Shown here in pieces: positions 162,188 to 172,455 of a stretch of DNA of 248,000 nt (positions are counted from its first letter, which is position 1; each line of letters opens with the position of its first letter). The DNA comes from Hyalangium minutum (GTDB lineage: Bacteria > Myxococcota > Myxococcia > Myxococcales > Myxococcaceae): the NCBI RefSeq assembly GCF_000737315.1, contig NZ_JMCB01000006.1, positions 20,001 through 268,000 on the forward strand, in the 5' to 3' direction. The notes beneath the pieces were generated by a model that saw nothing but the letters and a program-made list of their open reading frames with translations, was not told where the DNA came from and ran no database searches. A program made the position numbers and the translations under genes.

Positions 162188-162547
162188 ATGAATCGACAGT
162201 GGATCGTGTCCCTCCTGGCCTGCCTCTTCCTCGCGGCGTGCTTCCCCAAGGCGGGGACGGTGCCTGGGCCTTTGTCTTCGGCGGGCCTCGAGAGCGCCCA
162301 GGCCCGGTGGCCCGGCACATCGGCCGAGGAACTCGAGCAGGGGCGTCAGCTCTTCTTGAACCACTGCAACTCCTGTCACTCCTATCCGGATCGCACCGCG
162401 TACAGCGAGGCGGAGTGGCCAGGACTGGCCCGGCGGATGGGAAAGAAGGCGGATCTAAAGGAAGCGGAGAGCGAGCTCGTGCTCCGCTTCATCCTGGCGA
162501 ACCGCTCCGAGCCGGCCGCTGCTCCGGAAGCCCCGGCCGCCCGCTGA
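162188..162547 (+). CDS. Small monoheme cytochrome c lipoprotein
   Basis: Lipobox LAAC; CNSCH; MGKKA. Confidence 0.82.
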   Translation: MNRQWIVSLLACLFLAACFPKAGTVPGPLSSAGLESAQARWPGTSAEELEQGRQLFLNHCNSCHSYPDRTAYSEAEWPGLARRMGKKADLKEAESELVLRFILANRSEPAAAPEAPAAR

Positions 162548-163972
162548 TCAGCGCACGGCCAGGGTCCGGCTGCGCCAGTCGGCGGTGCTCCAGCGCTGGA
162601 AGGTGCCCGAGTCTTGGGGGCGCCCGGCGGTCTTCTCGGGCATGAGCGTCTCGCGCTTGAGCACCTGGAAGGAGGACTGGATCTTCCCCTCCACGAGCAC
162701 CTCGCGCGCCACCAGCACCCGCGAGCCATCCGGGGTGAAGCCCGCCAGCTCCACGTAGCCCACGCCCGGCTCCGTCGTCGCGGGCGAGAGCGCGTCCAGC
162801 AGCCACCCGTCGCCTTCCTGGTGGAAGACCCACAGCTCCGTCCACCCTTCCAGGAGCTGCACCGCAACGGTGACAACTGTGCCCTGCGGCGACTGGCGGA
162901 GGGAGCCCGGCCACACCAGCCCATAGGTGCAGCGCTCCGCCAGAGGAGAAGCGGGGGCCTTCGGGTTGGCCGAGGCCTTCGTCGGATCCATCAGGCGCAG
163001 GCAGGTCTCCCCGGGCCGTCCCTGGGTCAGCTCGAGCCGAGGGCCTGCGCCGGGCTTCTCCGGAACCGGCACTGACGCCCAGCGCGAGGCCGCCACCCGG
163101 ACTGCCGCTACCGCGTAGGCGGAGCGATCCTCGTCCGCCAGCTCTGACTTCAGCACCCGCGCCAGCTCCTCCACAGAGCGCTCGCTCGCCTTCGCTCCCC
163201 GCACGGCCTCGCCCCGGCGGGTCCATTGGTAGGCCAGCGAGGCGTACACTTCGGCGCGCCGCAGATGGAGGCGATTGGCCTGCCACGCGGGGAGCTGAGC
163301 GGAGTCCACCTGTTCCAGGACGCCACTGCGCCACTCGTCGACGGCCTGGCGCTCCACCTGGCTCAAGGCGGGGTCCATGCACTCGGGCCGCGTCAGTGCG
163401 AGCGCCGCCCGGAGCCGCGCCTCGGGACTGCCGCCCATCCCGAGCACCCGGCGGAAGGCCTCGCCGTCGTAGCAGATGCGGGTTCGGCCTTCCTGCTCGA
163501 TGCTGAGGAGCTTCACGCCATAGCTGGCGGCCACGTCCAGGTGCGCGGCCAGGGTCTCGTCATTGGACTTCTTGGAGGAGGCCCGCCGGGCCAACCGGTC
163601 CGCCAGGGTGCCCATGGCATCGAAGAGCTCCGGGCCCACCTGCGAGGGGTTGGCCGCGCGCAGCAGCGCCGCCGTGTAGCCGATTCCCAGCGCCTCGGCG
163701 CCCGAGGTGTCCCGGAGGAACTCCACCACCGCCTGGAGCCGGGGCACGCTGGCCTCGTCCAGGGTGTAGACGCGGACCTGCTGCTGACGGATGTAGCCGG
163801 GGCGCTCCCGGCGGTGGTCATAGACCTGGAGGAAGCCCTGGCGCTCCCCTCGGACTTCGAGCCACTCGCCCTGCCAGAGCGTGGCCTGGCGGGTGGCGGA
163901 GTCCTGCGGGGCGGCGCGCAGGGGCGTCTGGTCCTGCACCACCAGCGCGAGCGTGAGAATCGTGGCGAGCAT
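162548..163972 (-). CDS. Secreted SH3-like domain protein
   Basis: N-terminal SH3b-like GEWLEVRGE...GYI. Confidence 0.55.
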   Translation of the reverse strand: MLATILTLALVVQDQTPLRAAPQDSATRQATLWQGEWLEVRGERQGFLQVYDHRRERPGYIRQQQVRVYTLDEASVPRLQAVVEFLRDTSGAEALGIGYTAALLRAANPSQVGPELFDAMGTLADRLARRASSKKSNDETLAAHLDVAASYGVKLLSIEQEGRTRICYDGEAFRRVLGMGGSPEARLRAALALTRPECMDPALSQVERQAVDEWRSGVLEQVDSAQLPAWQANRLHLRRAEVYASLAYQWTRRGEAVRGAKASERSVEELARVLKSELADEDRSAYAVAAVRVAASRWASVPVPEKPGAGPRLELTQGRPGETCLRLMDPTKASANPKAPASPLAERCTYGLVWPGSLRQSPQGTVVTVAVQLLEGWTELWVFHQEGDGWLLDALSPATTEPGVGYVELAGFTPDGSRVLVAREVLVEGKIQSSFQVLKRETLMPEKTAGRPQDSGTFQRWSTADWRSRTLAVR

Positions 163973-163987
163973 GGCGGGGCGCTCCTG

Positions 163988-165301
163988 TCAGTACTCGCTC
164001 TGGGAGTTCTCGGAGCCGGACTCGGACTCTGACGGGCCTCCCGAGTGCGACGCCGACGCGGCGGGGGCGTTCGCGTACGAGGGCGCGGGGGGTTGCTGGC
164101 CGAGGAGGCCGCTGGCGAAGAACCCTCCCACCTGAGGCGGGGCGATGATGACCTGGATCTTGTCGGACAGCTTGTCAGCGAGGGTCTTCTGGATGAGGAG
164201 GGGGTTCTTGCTGATGAGGCTGGCGTCGCGGGCGAGCTGCTCGGAGGCGGCCTTGCCCGTCACCTCGACGCGGTAGGCATCGGACTCGGCGAGCTTGCGG
164301 CGGGCGTCGGCTTCTCCTGCGGCCTCGATGCGGCGAGCCTCGGCCTCGGCGCTGGCTTGGGTGAGGCGGCTGACCTTGGAGGCCTCGGCCTCCAGGCGGC
164401 GCTGTTCGATCTCCTTCTCCTTGAAGGGGAGGACGTGGCGCATGGCCTCGGCCTTGGCCTTGGCGGCGATGATCTCCTCGCTGGCGGCGGCCTCGGCGGC
164501 CTTCTCTCGGCGGACCTTCTCAGCCTCGGCGCTGAGGGCCGACTCCTTGATTTGCTTCTCCTTGAGCTCCAGCGTGTAGCGCATCTTCTCGGCGCTCAGC
164601 TCCTCGGCGAGCAGTGACTCCAGGCCCTGGCGGTACCGCTGGGGCAGGTCGACGTTGCCCAGGGTGATCGAGCGCAGGAGGACGCCATCGGCGGCCAGCA
164701 GGGGGCCAATCTCATCGGTGAGGGCCTTTTGGATCTCCCTGCGCTGGGTGGAGAAGATCTCCCGAACTGTGTGCTGGGCGAAGTGGCGGCGGAGCACGCC
164801 GTCGATGACGGGCTCGACGATCTCCCGGCCCACATCCTCCGGCATGGAGGCGGCCAGGGAGGCAACGCGAGACGGCTCGAGCGCGTAGCGGATGGTCACT
164901 TCGATGCCGATGGACAGGCCCTCCGCGGACTGGAAGGGGGCGGCGCCCTCGGCCTGGGTGCTGCGGCTGGGCTGGAAGACCTGGTCCTTCAAGCTATAGA
165001 GGTGGAGCCGGTGGACGTGGGGCACGAGCAGGGCCCAGCCCTCGCGCAGCTCCTGGCTGTTGCCGGTGAGCAGGTTCATCCGGATGCCCACCTGACCGGG
165101 CTCGATGAGGGTGACGGGGCGGGTGGAGACGGCCATGGCCACGAGGCCGGTCACCGTCAGCCCGGTGGCGATGCGGCGGCCGCGCGAGGTGAAGATGAGC
165201 CAGCGGACCTGACTGACTCCTGCGCCCGCGACGGCGCGGACTCCGAAGACGCTCTGCTTGATGACTGCACTCAGCTTCTCTTTGACGTTCTGCCAGTTCA
165301 T
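163988..165301 (-). CDS. SPFH/prohibitin family protein
   Basis: SAEGLSIGIEVTIRY, ITLGNVDLP, coiled coil. Confidence 0.85.
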   Translation of the reverse strand: MNWQNVKEKLSAVIKQSVFGVRAVAGAGVSQVRWLIFTSRGRRIATGLTVTGLVAMAVSTRPVTLIEPGQVGIRMNLLTGNSQELREGWALLVPHVHRLHLYSLKDQVFQPSRSTQAEGAAPFQSAEGLSIGIEVTIRYALEPSRVASLAASMPEDVGREIVEPVIDGVLRRHFAQHTVREIFSTQRREIQKALTDEIGPLLAADGVLLRSITLGNVDLPQRYRQGLESLLAEELSAEKMRYTLELKEKQIKESALSAEAEKVRREKAAEAAASEEIIAAKAKAEAMRHVLPFKEKEIEQRRLEAEASKVSRLTQASAEAEARRIEAAGEADARRKLAESDAYRVEVTGKAASEQLARDASLISKNPLLIQKTLADKLSDKIQVIIAPPQVGGFFASGLLGQQPPAPSYANAPAASASHSGGPSESESGSENSQSEY

Positions 165302-165619
165302 TGGTGGTTGCCCTCTCCCGCGAGGGAAGGGCAATGCATGAGAGATACCCACCGCGTGGGCGGAGCGTGCCGGACGTGGGCGCTCGGAGCGCGTGAGGCG
165401 CGTGGCTGCGTGGACTCAAGCACTGTGGCTGGCGTGGCTCAGTGCCGCGCGCGGGTGCGTCCGGCAGACCGCGCTTCCAGCGCGGAGGGGGCTCACGCCA
165501 TGTCAAAAAATGCGAGTGAACTGGCGTGTGCTCTTGGCGGTCCTGGGTGGGCTCCTCCTGTCCGCGCACCCAGCAGCAACCCTGGATGTGCCAGACCGAC
165601 CTGTAAGCTCTAACCCGCC

Positions 165620-168600
165620 TCAGCCCTTCTTCCCGTCATCGCCCCCGCCCGGGGCAGCGGCGCGCACCACCGTCTCCGCGTTGAAGTCCTCGGGCTTCAC
165701 CGCTCGGAGGCCCGACGAGGACAGCCGCGAGCTCGCCTTGCGCCAGTACTCGCGCGGCGGCAGCCGCTCCACCTTGGGGCTTGGCCGCGGCCAGAAGTCA
165801 CACTCGGTCAGCCCCAGCCGCTTCACCAGCACCTGCCGCTCCTCGTAGATCCGCGCCGCCCCCGCCACATCCCCCAGTTCCTCCAGCGCCTCCGCGTACC
165901 GCTGCAGCGAGGGAATCGAGTTGCTCAGGTTCTCCACCGCCCGCAGCCGCATCAGCGCCTCATCCCCCTTCGCCCACACCTCCTCTATAGGACCTCCAGC
166001 GAGCGCCTGCAGGTGCGCCAGTCCGATGAGGGACAGCGGCCCGGCCTGCTCATCCGTCGCCCCGGCGCTCGCCAGCTCCAGCCCCTTCTCGTACGCGGCC
166101 TTCGCCTCGATGTGCCGGCCCGCCACGAACTCCACATCCCCCAGGTACGCGTAGGACAGACACAGCCCATGGGTGGTGCCCTGCTGCCGCGCCAGCCCCA
166201 GCGCATGCACCAGCAGGTGCCGCGCCCGATCCAGCTGCCCCACATGGAACTGGTGCCGCCCCGCGTAGGCCGTGCCCATGCACAGGTACAGCCCCGTAAT
166301 ATGGTGGGCCTCGGTGAAGGCGAGCAGCTCCGCGCTGCGCTGCACCCCCTCGTCCCAGCGGAACTCCGCCTCTGCGATGGCCGCGTAACAGAAGGTGGAA
166401 GCCGCCATCCGCACCGGGTTGCCCAGCCTCAAGGCAATGCGCGCCGCCGACGCCGCGTACTCCCGGGCCCGCTTGAACTCGCCGCCATATGCCAGCCCCA
166501 ACGCGAGCATCCCCTCGGCGTGCGTCTGCTCCACATACTCCCCCGCCTCCGCCGACTGCTGCGCCACCTCCGTGAGCATGGAGATGGAGGGCCCGAACCG
166601 CCCCCACCCCGACAGCGCTCTCCCCATGATGCTCAACGGAGCATGGAGGTAGGAGCGCAGGTTCGGCTCCATGGCCGCCTCCAAGCACAGCTCGCTGTAC
166701 TCCAGCGCCTTCGGGAAGTTGCCCTGCGCGTAGTACGCGCCCGCCCACGAGCTGTTGAGCGCCGCCTGCTGCTCCATCGTGGGGTCCTGCAGCAGCGCCT
166801 GCCCCTGCTCCAGGTACCGGAGCATCTCCACCGCACTGCCCAGCAAGCACCCGATGCGCACCAGCCAATACAAGGAGCGCACCAGCACCTCATCCCGCTC
166901 GGCCGAGGGAGGCTGAGCACTGGCCACGGTGAACGCCTTGCGCAGGTGCTGGTTGGCGCCGATGGGGTCCAACAACCGGTCCGCCTCCAGCCCTGCCTCC
167001 AGGTACGCACTGGCCGCCCGCACCGGCTGGCCCGCCTTCTCCCAGTGGTAGCCCTGCGTCCCCGGCGGGGCCTTGCGCTGCTGCAGCCGCTCGCCGATGC
167101 GCCGGTGGATGTCCTGCACGTTCTCCAGCCGCCCATCCGCCGCCAGCCGCTCGCGCAGCGTGTCATGCGCGAAGGTGCACCGGTCCCCCGCCACCACCAG
167201 CAGCCGCGCCTCCTCCGCCTCGGTGATGGCGGTGTGCACCTCTAGAGGAGAGAACAGCCCCAGCGCCTCCAGGTCCGACAGCCGGAACCGCCGGTCGAAG
167301 AGCGCGGCCACCCGCAGGACCTTCAGCACCCGCTCGTCCAGCCGCTCCAGCGCGCGCCCCACCACCGTGGAGACGGAGTCCGGAGGCCGGTACTCCCCAC
167401 TCAACCGGTCTGACAACCGGACACGCCCATCCGCCTCCCGGCTGAGGTAGTTCCCCAGCTGCAAGTCTCGAATGATCTGCGCGGCGACCAGCGGGTTGCC
167501 ACTGGCCAGGAACGGCACGGCCTGGACCAGGGCCTTCACCACGGCCGGGCTGGCGCCCCCCGCAAGCTGCGCCAGGAGCTGGCCGTTCTCCAGAGAGCTG
167601 AGCGCATCCAGGGTGAGCATCTCCAGCTCGCCGGTCTGCGCCAGGCGCGGCGGCGGCCGGGTGGTCGCCAGCAGCAGCACACCGGGAGGAGGGGCGGCGC
167701 TGATCCGCGAGAGCACGGCCAGGGTGCCCTCGTCCGCCGAGTGCACATCCTCCAGCACCAGCACCATCGGCCGCGCGGTACCAACGGCGGTGAGCAGGTG
167801 CATCAGCGCCTTGCCCACCCGCTCCGGCCCGAGCCCCTGGACGAGCACGCCCTCGGTGTCGCGCTCGGCGCCCTCCGGCAGCAGGCGGCTCAGCTCCGGC
167901 ACCAGCCGCCGCAGCTCCTGGGCCTCGCCCGCGAGCGCCTGCCCCGCCAGATGGCGCACCCGGTGCCCAGGCTCGCTGCGGATGCCCAGCAGCACCTCCA
168001 CCAGCTGCCCCAGCGCCTCGCGCAGCGGAGAGCACGGCACCAGCTCGCCCAGCTGCCGGCAGCGGCCGTACGTCACCAGCACCCGGGCGCTCACCTCGGG
168101 CGAGAGCAGCACCTCGGAGATGAGGCGGCTCTTCCCAATGCCGGCCTCGCCCACCACCATGAGCGCGCGGCCCTGGCGATCTCCCACCGAGTCCACCGCC
168201 TCGCGCAGCAGGGCCACCTCGCGAGCGCGGCCGACGAACGGCGCATTGTCCGAGGAGACCATCTCCGGAGGCAGGGGAGGCGGCGCCCAGTCGCTGGTGT
168301 TGCCGTGGAGCAGCTCGAAGTAGAGCCCCTTCAGGCGGCTGGCCAGCTGGCTCGCGCCGCCAAACCGGTGCGCCACGTCCGGCGCCAGCAGGGAGCGCAC
168401 CAGCGCCGCCACCGGGGGAGGCACCAAGGGCGCCACCTGCTCCAGCGGCGTCATCTTCCCCGCCCGCTTGAGCGAGCCCAGCGCCGCGTACGAGGCGTTG
168501 GTGGGGAACGGCAGGATGCACGCGAGCATCTCGTACAGCAGCGTCCCCAGGGAGAAGAGGTCCGCCTTCTCGGAGAACTCGCCCGTGCCGAAGAAGCACT

Positions 168601-169195
168601 CGGGGGCCATGTAGGCCAGCGTCCCGGCCATGGGCCCCCCCTCGTGCGTCCGGAAGCCGCCGGACAGCCGGGCCAGGCCGAAGTCCAGCACCTTCACCTT
168701 CGGCTCCACGGGGTCCGTAATAATGATGTTGGCCGGCTTGAGGTCCAGGTGGAGGACCTTGGAGTCGTGGCAGTAGGCCAGCGCCTCGGCGATGCGGCGC
168801 GTCAGTTGCAGGGCCTCCAGCACTTCCAGCGAGCCGCGCTCCTGAAGGTAGTTCCCCAGCACCACCCCGTGCACCAGCTCCATCACCAGATAGAGCCGCC
168901 CATCCTCCAGGAAGCCGTAGCCGAGCACCTCCACCAGCGCGGGGTGCCGCAGCCGCGCCAGCGCCTCAATCTCGTTCTGCTGCCAGACGAGCTGCTGCGC
169001 GGTGATGTTGCGGGCGGAGTGCTTGCTGACCTTGATGGCGACCTGCCGCTGCTCCGGGCCGCGCGCGCGGTACACCACGCCGAAGCCGCCCGAGCTGAGC
169101 ACGTCCTCGATGACATACGCCCCCACCGGCGTCCCCGGTTCGAGCGTACGGGGGACACCCTTCACATCGGATTTCTCCGGCGAAGGCAGTGCCAT
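165620..169195 (-). CDS. Ser/Thr kinase-AAA ATPase-TPR protein
   Basis: HLDLKPAN, DFG, FVGRARE, GEAGIGKS, TPR-like tail. Confidence 0.88.
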   Translation of the reverse strand: MALPSPEKSDVKGVPRTLEPGTPVGAYVIEDVLSSGGFGVVYRARGPEQRQVAIKVSKHSARNITAQQLVWQQNEIEALARLRHPALVEVLGYGFLEDGRLYLVMELVHGVVLGNYLQERGSLEVLEALQLTRRIAEALAYCHDSKVLHLDLKPANIIITDPVEPKVKVLDFGLARLSGGFRTHEGGPMAGTLAYMAPECFFGTGEFSEKADLFSLGTLLYEMLACILPFPTNASYAALGSLKRAGKMTPLEQVAPLVPPPVAALVRSLLAPDVAHRFGGASQLASRLKGLYFELLHGNTSDWAPPPLPPEMVSSDNAPFVGRAREVALLREAVDSVGDRQGRALMVVGEAGIGKSRLISEVLLSPEVSARVLVTYGRCRQLGELVPCSPLREALGQLVEVLLGIRSEPGHRVRHLAGQALAGEAQELRRLVPELSRLLPEGAERDTEGVLVQGLGPERVGKALMHLLTAVGTARPMVLVLEDVHSADEGTLAVLSRISAAPPPGVLLLATTRPPPRLAQTGELEMLTLDALSSLENGQLLAQLAGGASPAVVKALVQAVPFLASGNPLVAAQIIRDLQLGNYLSREADGRVRLSDRLSGEYRPPDSVSTVVGRALERLDERVLKVLRVAALFDRRFRLSDLEALGLFSPLEVHTAITEAEEARLLVVAGDRCTFAHDTLRERLAADGRLENVQDIHRRIGERLQQRKAPPGTQGYHWEKAGQPVRAASAYLEAGLEADRLLDPIGANQHLRKAFTVASAQPPSAERDEVLVRSLYWLVRIGCLLGSAVEMLRYLEQGQALLQDPTMEQQAALNSSWAGAYYAQGNFPKALEYSELCLEAAMEPNLRSYLHAPLSIMGRALSGWGRFGPSISMLTEVAQQSAEAGEYVEQTHAEGMLALGLAYGGEFKRAREYAASAARIALRLGNPVRMAASTFCYAAIAEAEFRWDEGVQRSAELLAFTEAHHITGLYLCMGTAYAGRHQFHVGQLDRARHLLVHALGLARQQGTTHGLCLSYAYLGDVEFVAGRHIEAKAAYEKGLELASAGATDEQAGPLSLIGLAHLQALAGGPIEEVWAKGDEALMRLRAVENLSNSIPSLQRYAEALEELGDVAGAARIYEERQVLVKRLGLTECDFWPRPSPKVERLPPREYWRKASSRLSSSGLRAVKPEDFNAETVVRAAAPGGGDDGKKG

Positions 169196-169424
169196 GATCC
169201 TGGAAAATGCCGATCATGCCACCGCGGGGCGGATGAAGCGAATACGTCACCCGGCGGAGGCACTGTGGGGGCATGCATGACCCAACCCGTCACGTCCTCG
169301 CCCGGAGAGAGACCCTCTCGGCCGGATGAACCGTTGGGTGGCCAACGGGGCGAGCCTCTCCAGTCCCCTGGAGGAGCGCCCCCTGCCTCATCTGGCACGG
169401 CTGCTCGCCGGTCGGGAGACCCGC

Positions 169425-170537
169425 TCAGTGCGCGGCGGCCAGGGACGGGATGCCCGCCAGCGCCGGAGGCCGTACGAAGTGGCCATACCTGCGGCTCGCG
169501 GCGTACCAGGCCACGTGTCCGTTCACGTTGTAGAGCAGCGTGTCGACGAACCCGAGCATGTGGCGGTCCTCCGGGAAGGACTCCCGGAGCTTGAGCGCGA
169601 TATAGGTGATGTCCGCGGCCAGGGAGTTGAGCCGGTCGAGCAGCGACTTGAAGCGGCGCAGCAAGGCCTCGCGGTCCTGCCCCCGGTCGAGCAGCAGCAC
169701 GTTGTCCAGCTCGCCGCACGCCAGCTCCTTGGCCAGCGAGAACACATCATTGACGAGGATGATGTGCCGGCAGGTGTTGGTGAGCAGCAGCTTCACGGGG
169801 TGCATCTCGCGGTGCTCGCGGCTCAGGCGGATGCGCTGGATGGCGAGGAACGCCTCGACTGACTGCACATAGGTGATGGTCTGCTCCCGGTTGTGCATGT
169901 ACGTGGACACCGTGGGCATGTACCCGGTCTCCGTATGCGCGCCATGCTCCCAGGCCACCGCGTCGAAGTAGTTCGCCATGCTGGCGATGAACCAGGCCAG
170001 CGGCATGTCCGTCTCCAGGCCCAGCTCGCGGATGTCCCGCAGCGCCTCGCAGAACGACTCGAGCAGCGGGAACTCGGAGGCCGGAGGGCTCAGCGCGCTC
170101 GGCACCTCGCCGGTGAGCATGCTCATGAAGAGCCCGAACGTCTTCTGGAGCTGGCTGTAGGGCAGGTATTGCGCGCCCGCGCGCAGGTCAATCATGTTGT
170201 CCAGCGCGTCATCCAGCGTGAAGAAGAACGCCTGCAGGTAGATGAACCACTTGGTGCGGTGGACGGGCAGCTGCGGCAGCGTGCACGCCGCCAGCGCCGC
170301 CAGCTGCGTCTGGCCGAACTTGTGGAAGTACGGCTCGCCCTCTCGAATGAGTCCCTTCCGCAGCGCCCAGGTGATGCACTCCTGCTCCGCTCGGGCGACA
170401 TCCGCGGGCGAAGACACGGGGTGCGGCCACCCATGGCCGGGCGCATTCAAGAGGTGCAGGTGCCCCTCCAGGCGCACCTGCGCGACGTTTCCGAGGTCAA
170501 ACTCAACAGCCAGCGGGGAGTGCTTGTCGAGAGGCAT
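169425..170537 (-). CDS. Class I terpene synthase (cyclase)
   Basis: DDxxD (LDDALD), NSE (NDVFSLAKE), WxxxxxRY (WYAASRRY). Confidence 0.85.
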   Translation of the reverse strand: MPLDKHSPLAVEFDLGNVAQVRLEGHLHLLNAPGHGWPHPVSSPADVARAEQECITWALRKGLIREGEPYFHKFGQTQLAALAACTLPQLPVHRTKWFIYLQAFFFTLDDALDNMIDLRAGAQYLPYSQLQKTFGLFMSMLTGEVPSALSPPASEFPLLESFCEALRDIRELGLETDMPLAWFIASMANYFDAVAWEHGAHTETGYMPTVSTYMHNREQTITYVQSVEAFLAIQRIRLSREHREMHPVKLLLTNTCRHIILVNDVFSLAKELACGELDNVLLLDRGQDREALLRRFKSLLDRLNSLAADITYIALKLRESFPEDRHMLGFVDTLLYNVNGHVAWYAASRRYGHFVRPPALAGIPSLAAAH

Positions 170538-170714
170538 GGCGGGGATCCTCCAACACAGACATCGTACGTCAGTGACACGGCAGGCTTCCCCTCGGAAACA
170601 CGCGAGACATGAATCACAGTCACCGTGAAAAAGGCCGTTCATCCTCTCTCTTTTCCAAGGGCGCGCGGTGTCCGTGATTACCCAGCGCGTGAACCCGGCC
170701 CTCCCGCCTAGCCT

Positions 170715-171323
170715 GTGCGGGACATGGATCCCACCCCGCTCGTCGTCGTCGCCGTCATCGCCATCCTCGGTGTCGCGATCTTCTCCATCGTCAACCAGGG
170801 CCAGAAGCGAAAGGCCCTCTGGGAGATGCTGGCCGGACAGCTCGGGCTGGAGCACCGCGGGAGCGTGCTGCTGGGCGAATACCAGGGCGTGCCAGTGCGC
170901 ATTGCCGTGGAGACGCGGCGCAACCCCCACGGCTATGACCAGCTCTGCGTGGTGCGAGCGGACATCCCGGGTGCACTGCCTGAGGGCTTCGTTGCCGCAC
171001 CGCGCCGTTGGACGTCGGGACTGGACCGGATGCTGGCCGACAACACCTTCCAGGCCTCGGACCCCGCGCTCCAGGAGTGCTACGTCTTCCAGAGCGACCA
171101 GCCCCAGCAAGGCCAGGCGCTCATCTATGAGCCCGAGGCGCAGAAGGCCCTGCTGGAGCTCTACAGCCCCAAGCGCGTGGGCTTCGTGGAGAAGAACCGG
171201 GTCCACGTCGCGTACACGGGGCTGGTGGAGGACGCCGAGGAGCTCCGCGCGGCCCTGCTGGACGTGACGCAGACAGCGCACACCCTGGCCCGGGCCCAGG
171301 CGCGCCTCGCGCAGGGCGCCTAG
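170715..171323 (+). CDS. Membrane-anchored hypothetical protein
   Basis: N-terminal TM; WxxLAxxLGL. Confidence 0.6.
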   Translation: MRDMDPTPLVVVAVIAILGVAIFSIVNQGQKRKALWEMLAGQLGLEHRGSVLLGEYQGVPVRIAVETRRNPHGYDQLCVVRADIPGALPEGFVAAPRRWTSGLDRMLADNTFQASDPALQECYVFQSDQPQQGQALIYEPEAQKALLELYSPKRVGFVEKNRVHVAYTGLVEDAEELRAALLDVTQTAHTLARAQARLAQGA

Positions 171324-171332
171324 CCCCGGCGC

Positions 171333-171710
171333 TCAGCCCCGCCCGGGGCTCAGCAGCCGCTCCAGGCACGCCAGCAGCTCGTCCACGTGTGCGCCCTTGT
171401 GGAACACGGCATCCACCTGCACGGGCGGCGCGGCGCGGCCCTGGCCGGAGACGAGGACGATCTTCGCCGCGGGCACCCGGCGGCGCACCAACGGAATCAG
171501 CTCCCGCGCGTCCCCATCCCCGAGGCTCCAGTCCATCAGGACGGCGTCGTAGCGCGGCTGTCCCTCCAGGAGCTGGCCCGCCTGGGGCAGCGACTCCGCG
171601 ACGGCCACGGTGAAGCCCGCCTCCTCCAGCACTGCGGAGAGCGTCAGCCAGTTGGCTGGGTCGTCCTCCACCAGCAGCACGCTCCGGTGCGGTGTCCCCG
171701 AGTTCTCCAT
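171333..171710 (-). CDS. Single-domain response regulator
   Basis: LVEDD, MDWSLG, K. Confidence 0.85.
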   Translation of the reverse strand: MENSGTPHRSVLLVEDDPANWLTLSAVLEEAGFTVAVAESLPQAGQLLEGQPRYDAVLMDWSLGDGDARELIPLVRRRVPAAKIVLVSGQGRAAPPVQVDAVFHKGAHVDELLACLERLLSPGRG

Positions 171711-171734
171711 CGGTGCCCCTCCCTCGGTGCCCGC

Positions 171735-172454
171735 TCAGGTACTGCGGGCGGCGCCGGCCTCGTCGGCGATGGGGAAGGAGACCTGGACCCGCGTGCCCAC
171801 CGGCTCGGCGGGCTTCAGCTCCACCCACGCGCGGCAGCGCAGCGCCAGCCGCTGGACGATGCACAGCCCCAGGCCCGCGTGCCCCGCCTTCGTCGTCATG
171901 AAGGGCTCGAACACCCGCGTCCGGAGCTCCTCGGGGACGCCCGATCCGGTGTCGCTCACCTCCAAGACAACGCGGCCCTCGTCCGTCCGCAGCGTGCGCA
172001 TCGAGAGCAGGCCTCCGCGCGGCATCGCCTCCACGGCGTTCTCCACCAGGCAGCGGATGAGCAGCGTGAGGCGCGCCGTGTCCGCCTGCACCAGGGCCCG
172101 CTCCTGCCAGGTGCTCTCCACCCGCACGAGGGAGGGCACCCCCGCACGCGCCAGCGCCTCTTGCGCCACGTCACACAGCCGCAGCCGGGTGCTGTCCTCG
172201 TCGGGCACCGGCAGGCCCCGTGTGGACAGCACCTCCTCGGCGGAGACCAGCTCGCGGTCAATGAGCTGGAAGAACGTCTCCATCCGCGGATCCGTCTTCC
172301 ACAGCTCCGTCTTCTGCGCCTGGCGCATCAGGTAATAGGAAGCGTTGCGGATGCTGGAGAAGCGGTTGCGCAGGTCATGCCGCAGCACGGCCGTGACCAC
172401 CTCGGCCACTGCCGCACGCTCGCGGGCCTCCAGCCCAGGGGTTTGCTCGTCCAT
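171735..172454 (-). CDS. Sensor-less histidine kinase
   Basis: RHDLRN, FMTTK, GLGL. Confidence 0.82.
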   Translation of the reverse strand: MDEQTPGLEARERAAVAEVVTAVLRHDLRNRFSSIRNASYYLMRQAQKTELWKTDPRMETFFQLIDRELVSAEEVLSTRGLPVPDEDSTRLRLCDVAQEALARAGVPSLVRVESTWQERALVQADTARLTLLIRCLVENAVEAMPRGGLLSMRTLRTDEGRVVLEVSDTGSGVPEELRTRVFEPFMTTKAGHAGLGLCIVQRLALRCRAWVELKPAEPVGTRVQVSFPIADEAGAARST

Positions 172455-172455
172455 G

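Noticed and set aside
165500-165620. Signal-peptide-like fragment MRVNWRVLLAVLGGLLLSA
   Set aside because: Runs into the 3' end of the convergent kinase with no coherent domain; at best a remnant
169425-170537. Geosmin synthase call
   Set aside because: Single cyclase domain of about 370 aa; geosmin synthases are two-domain proteins about twice as long
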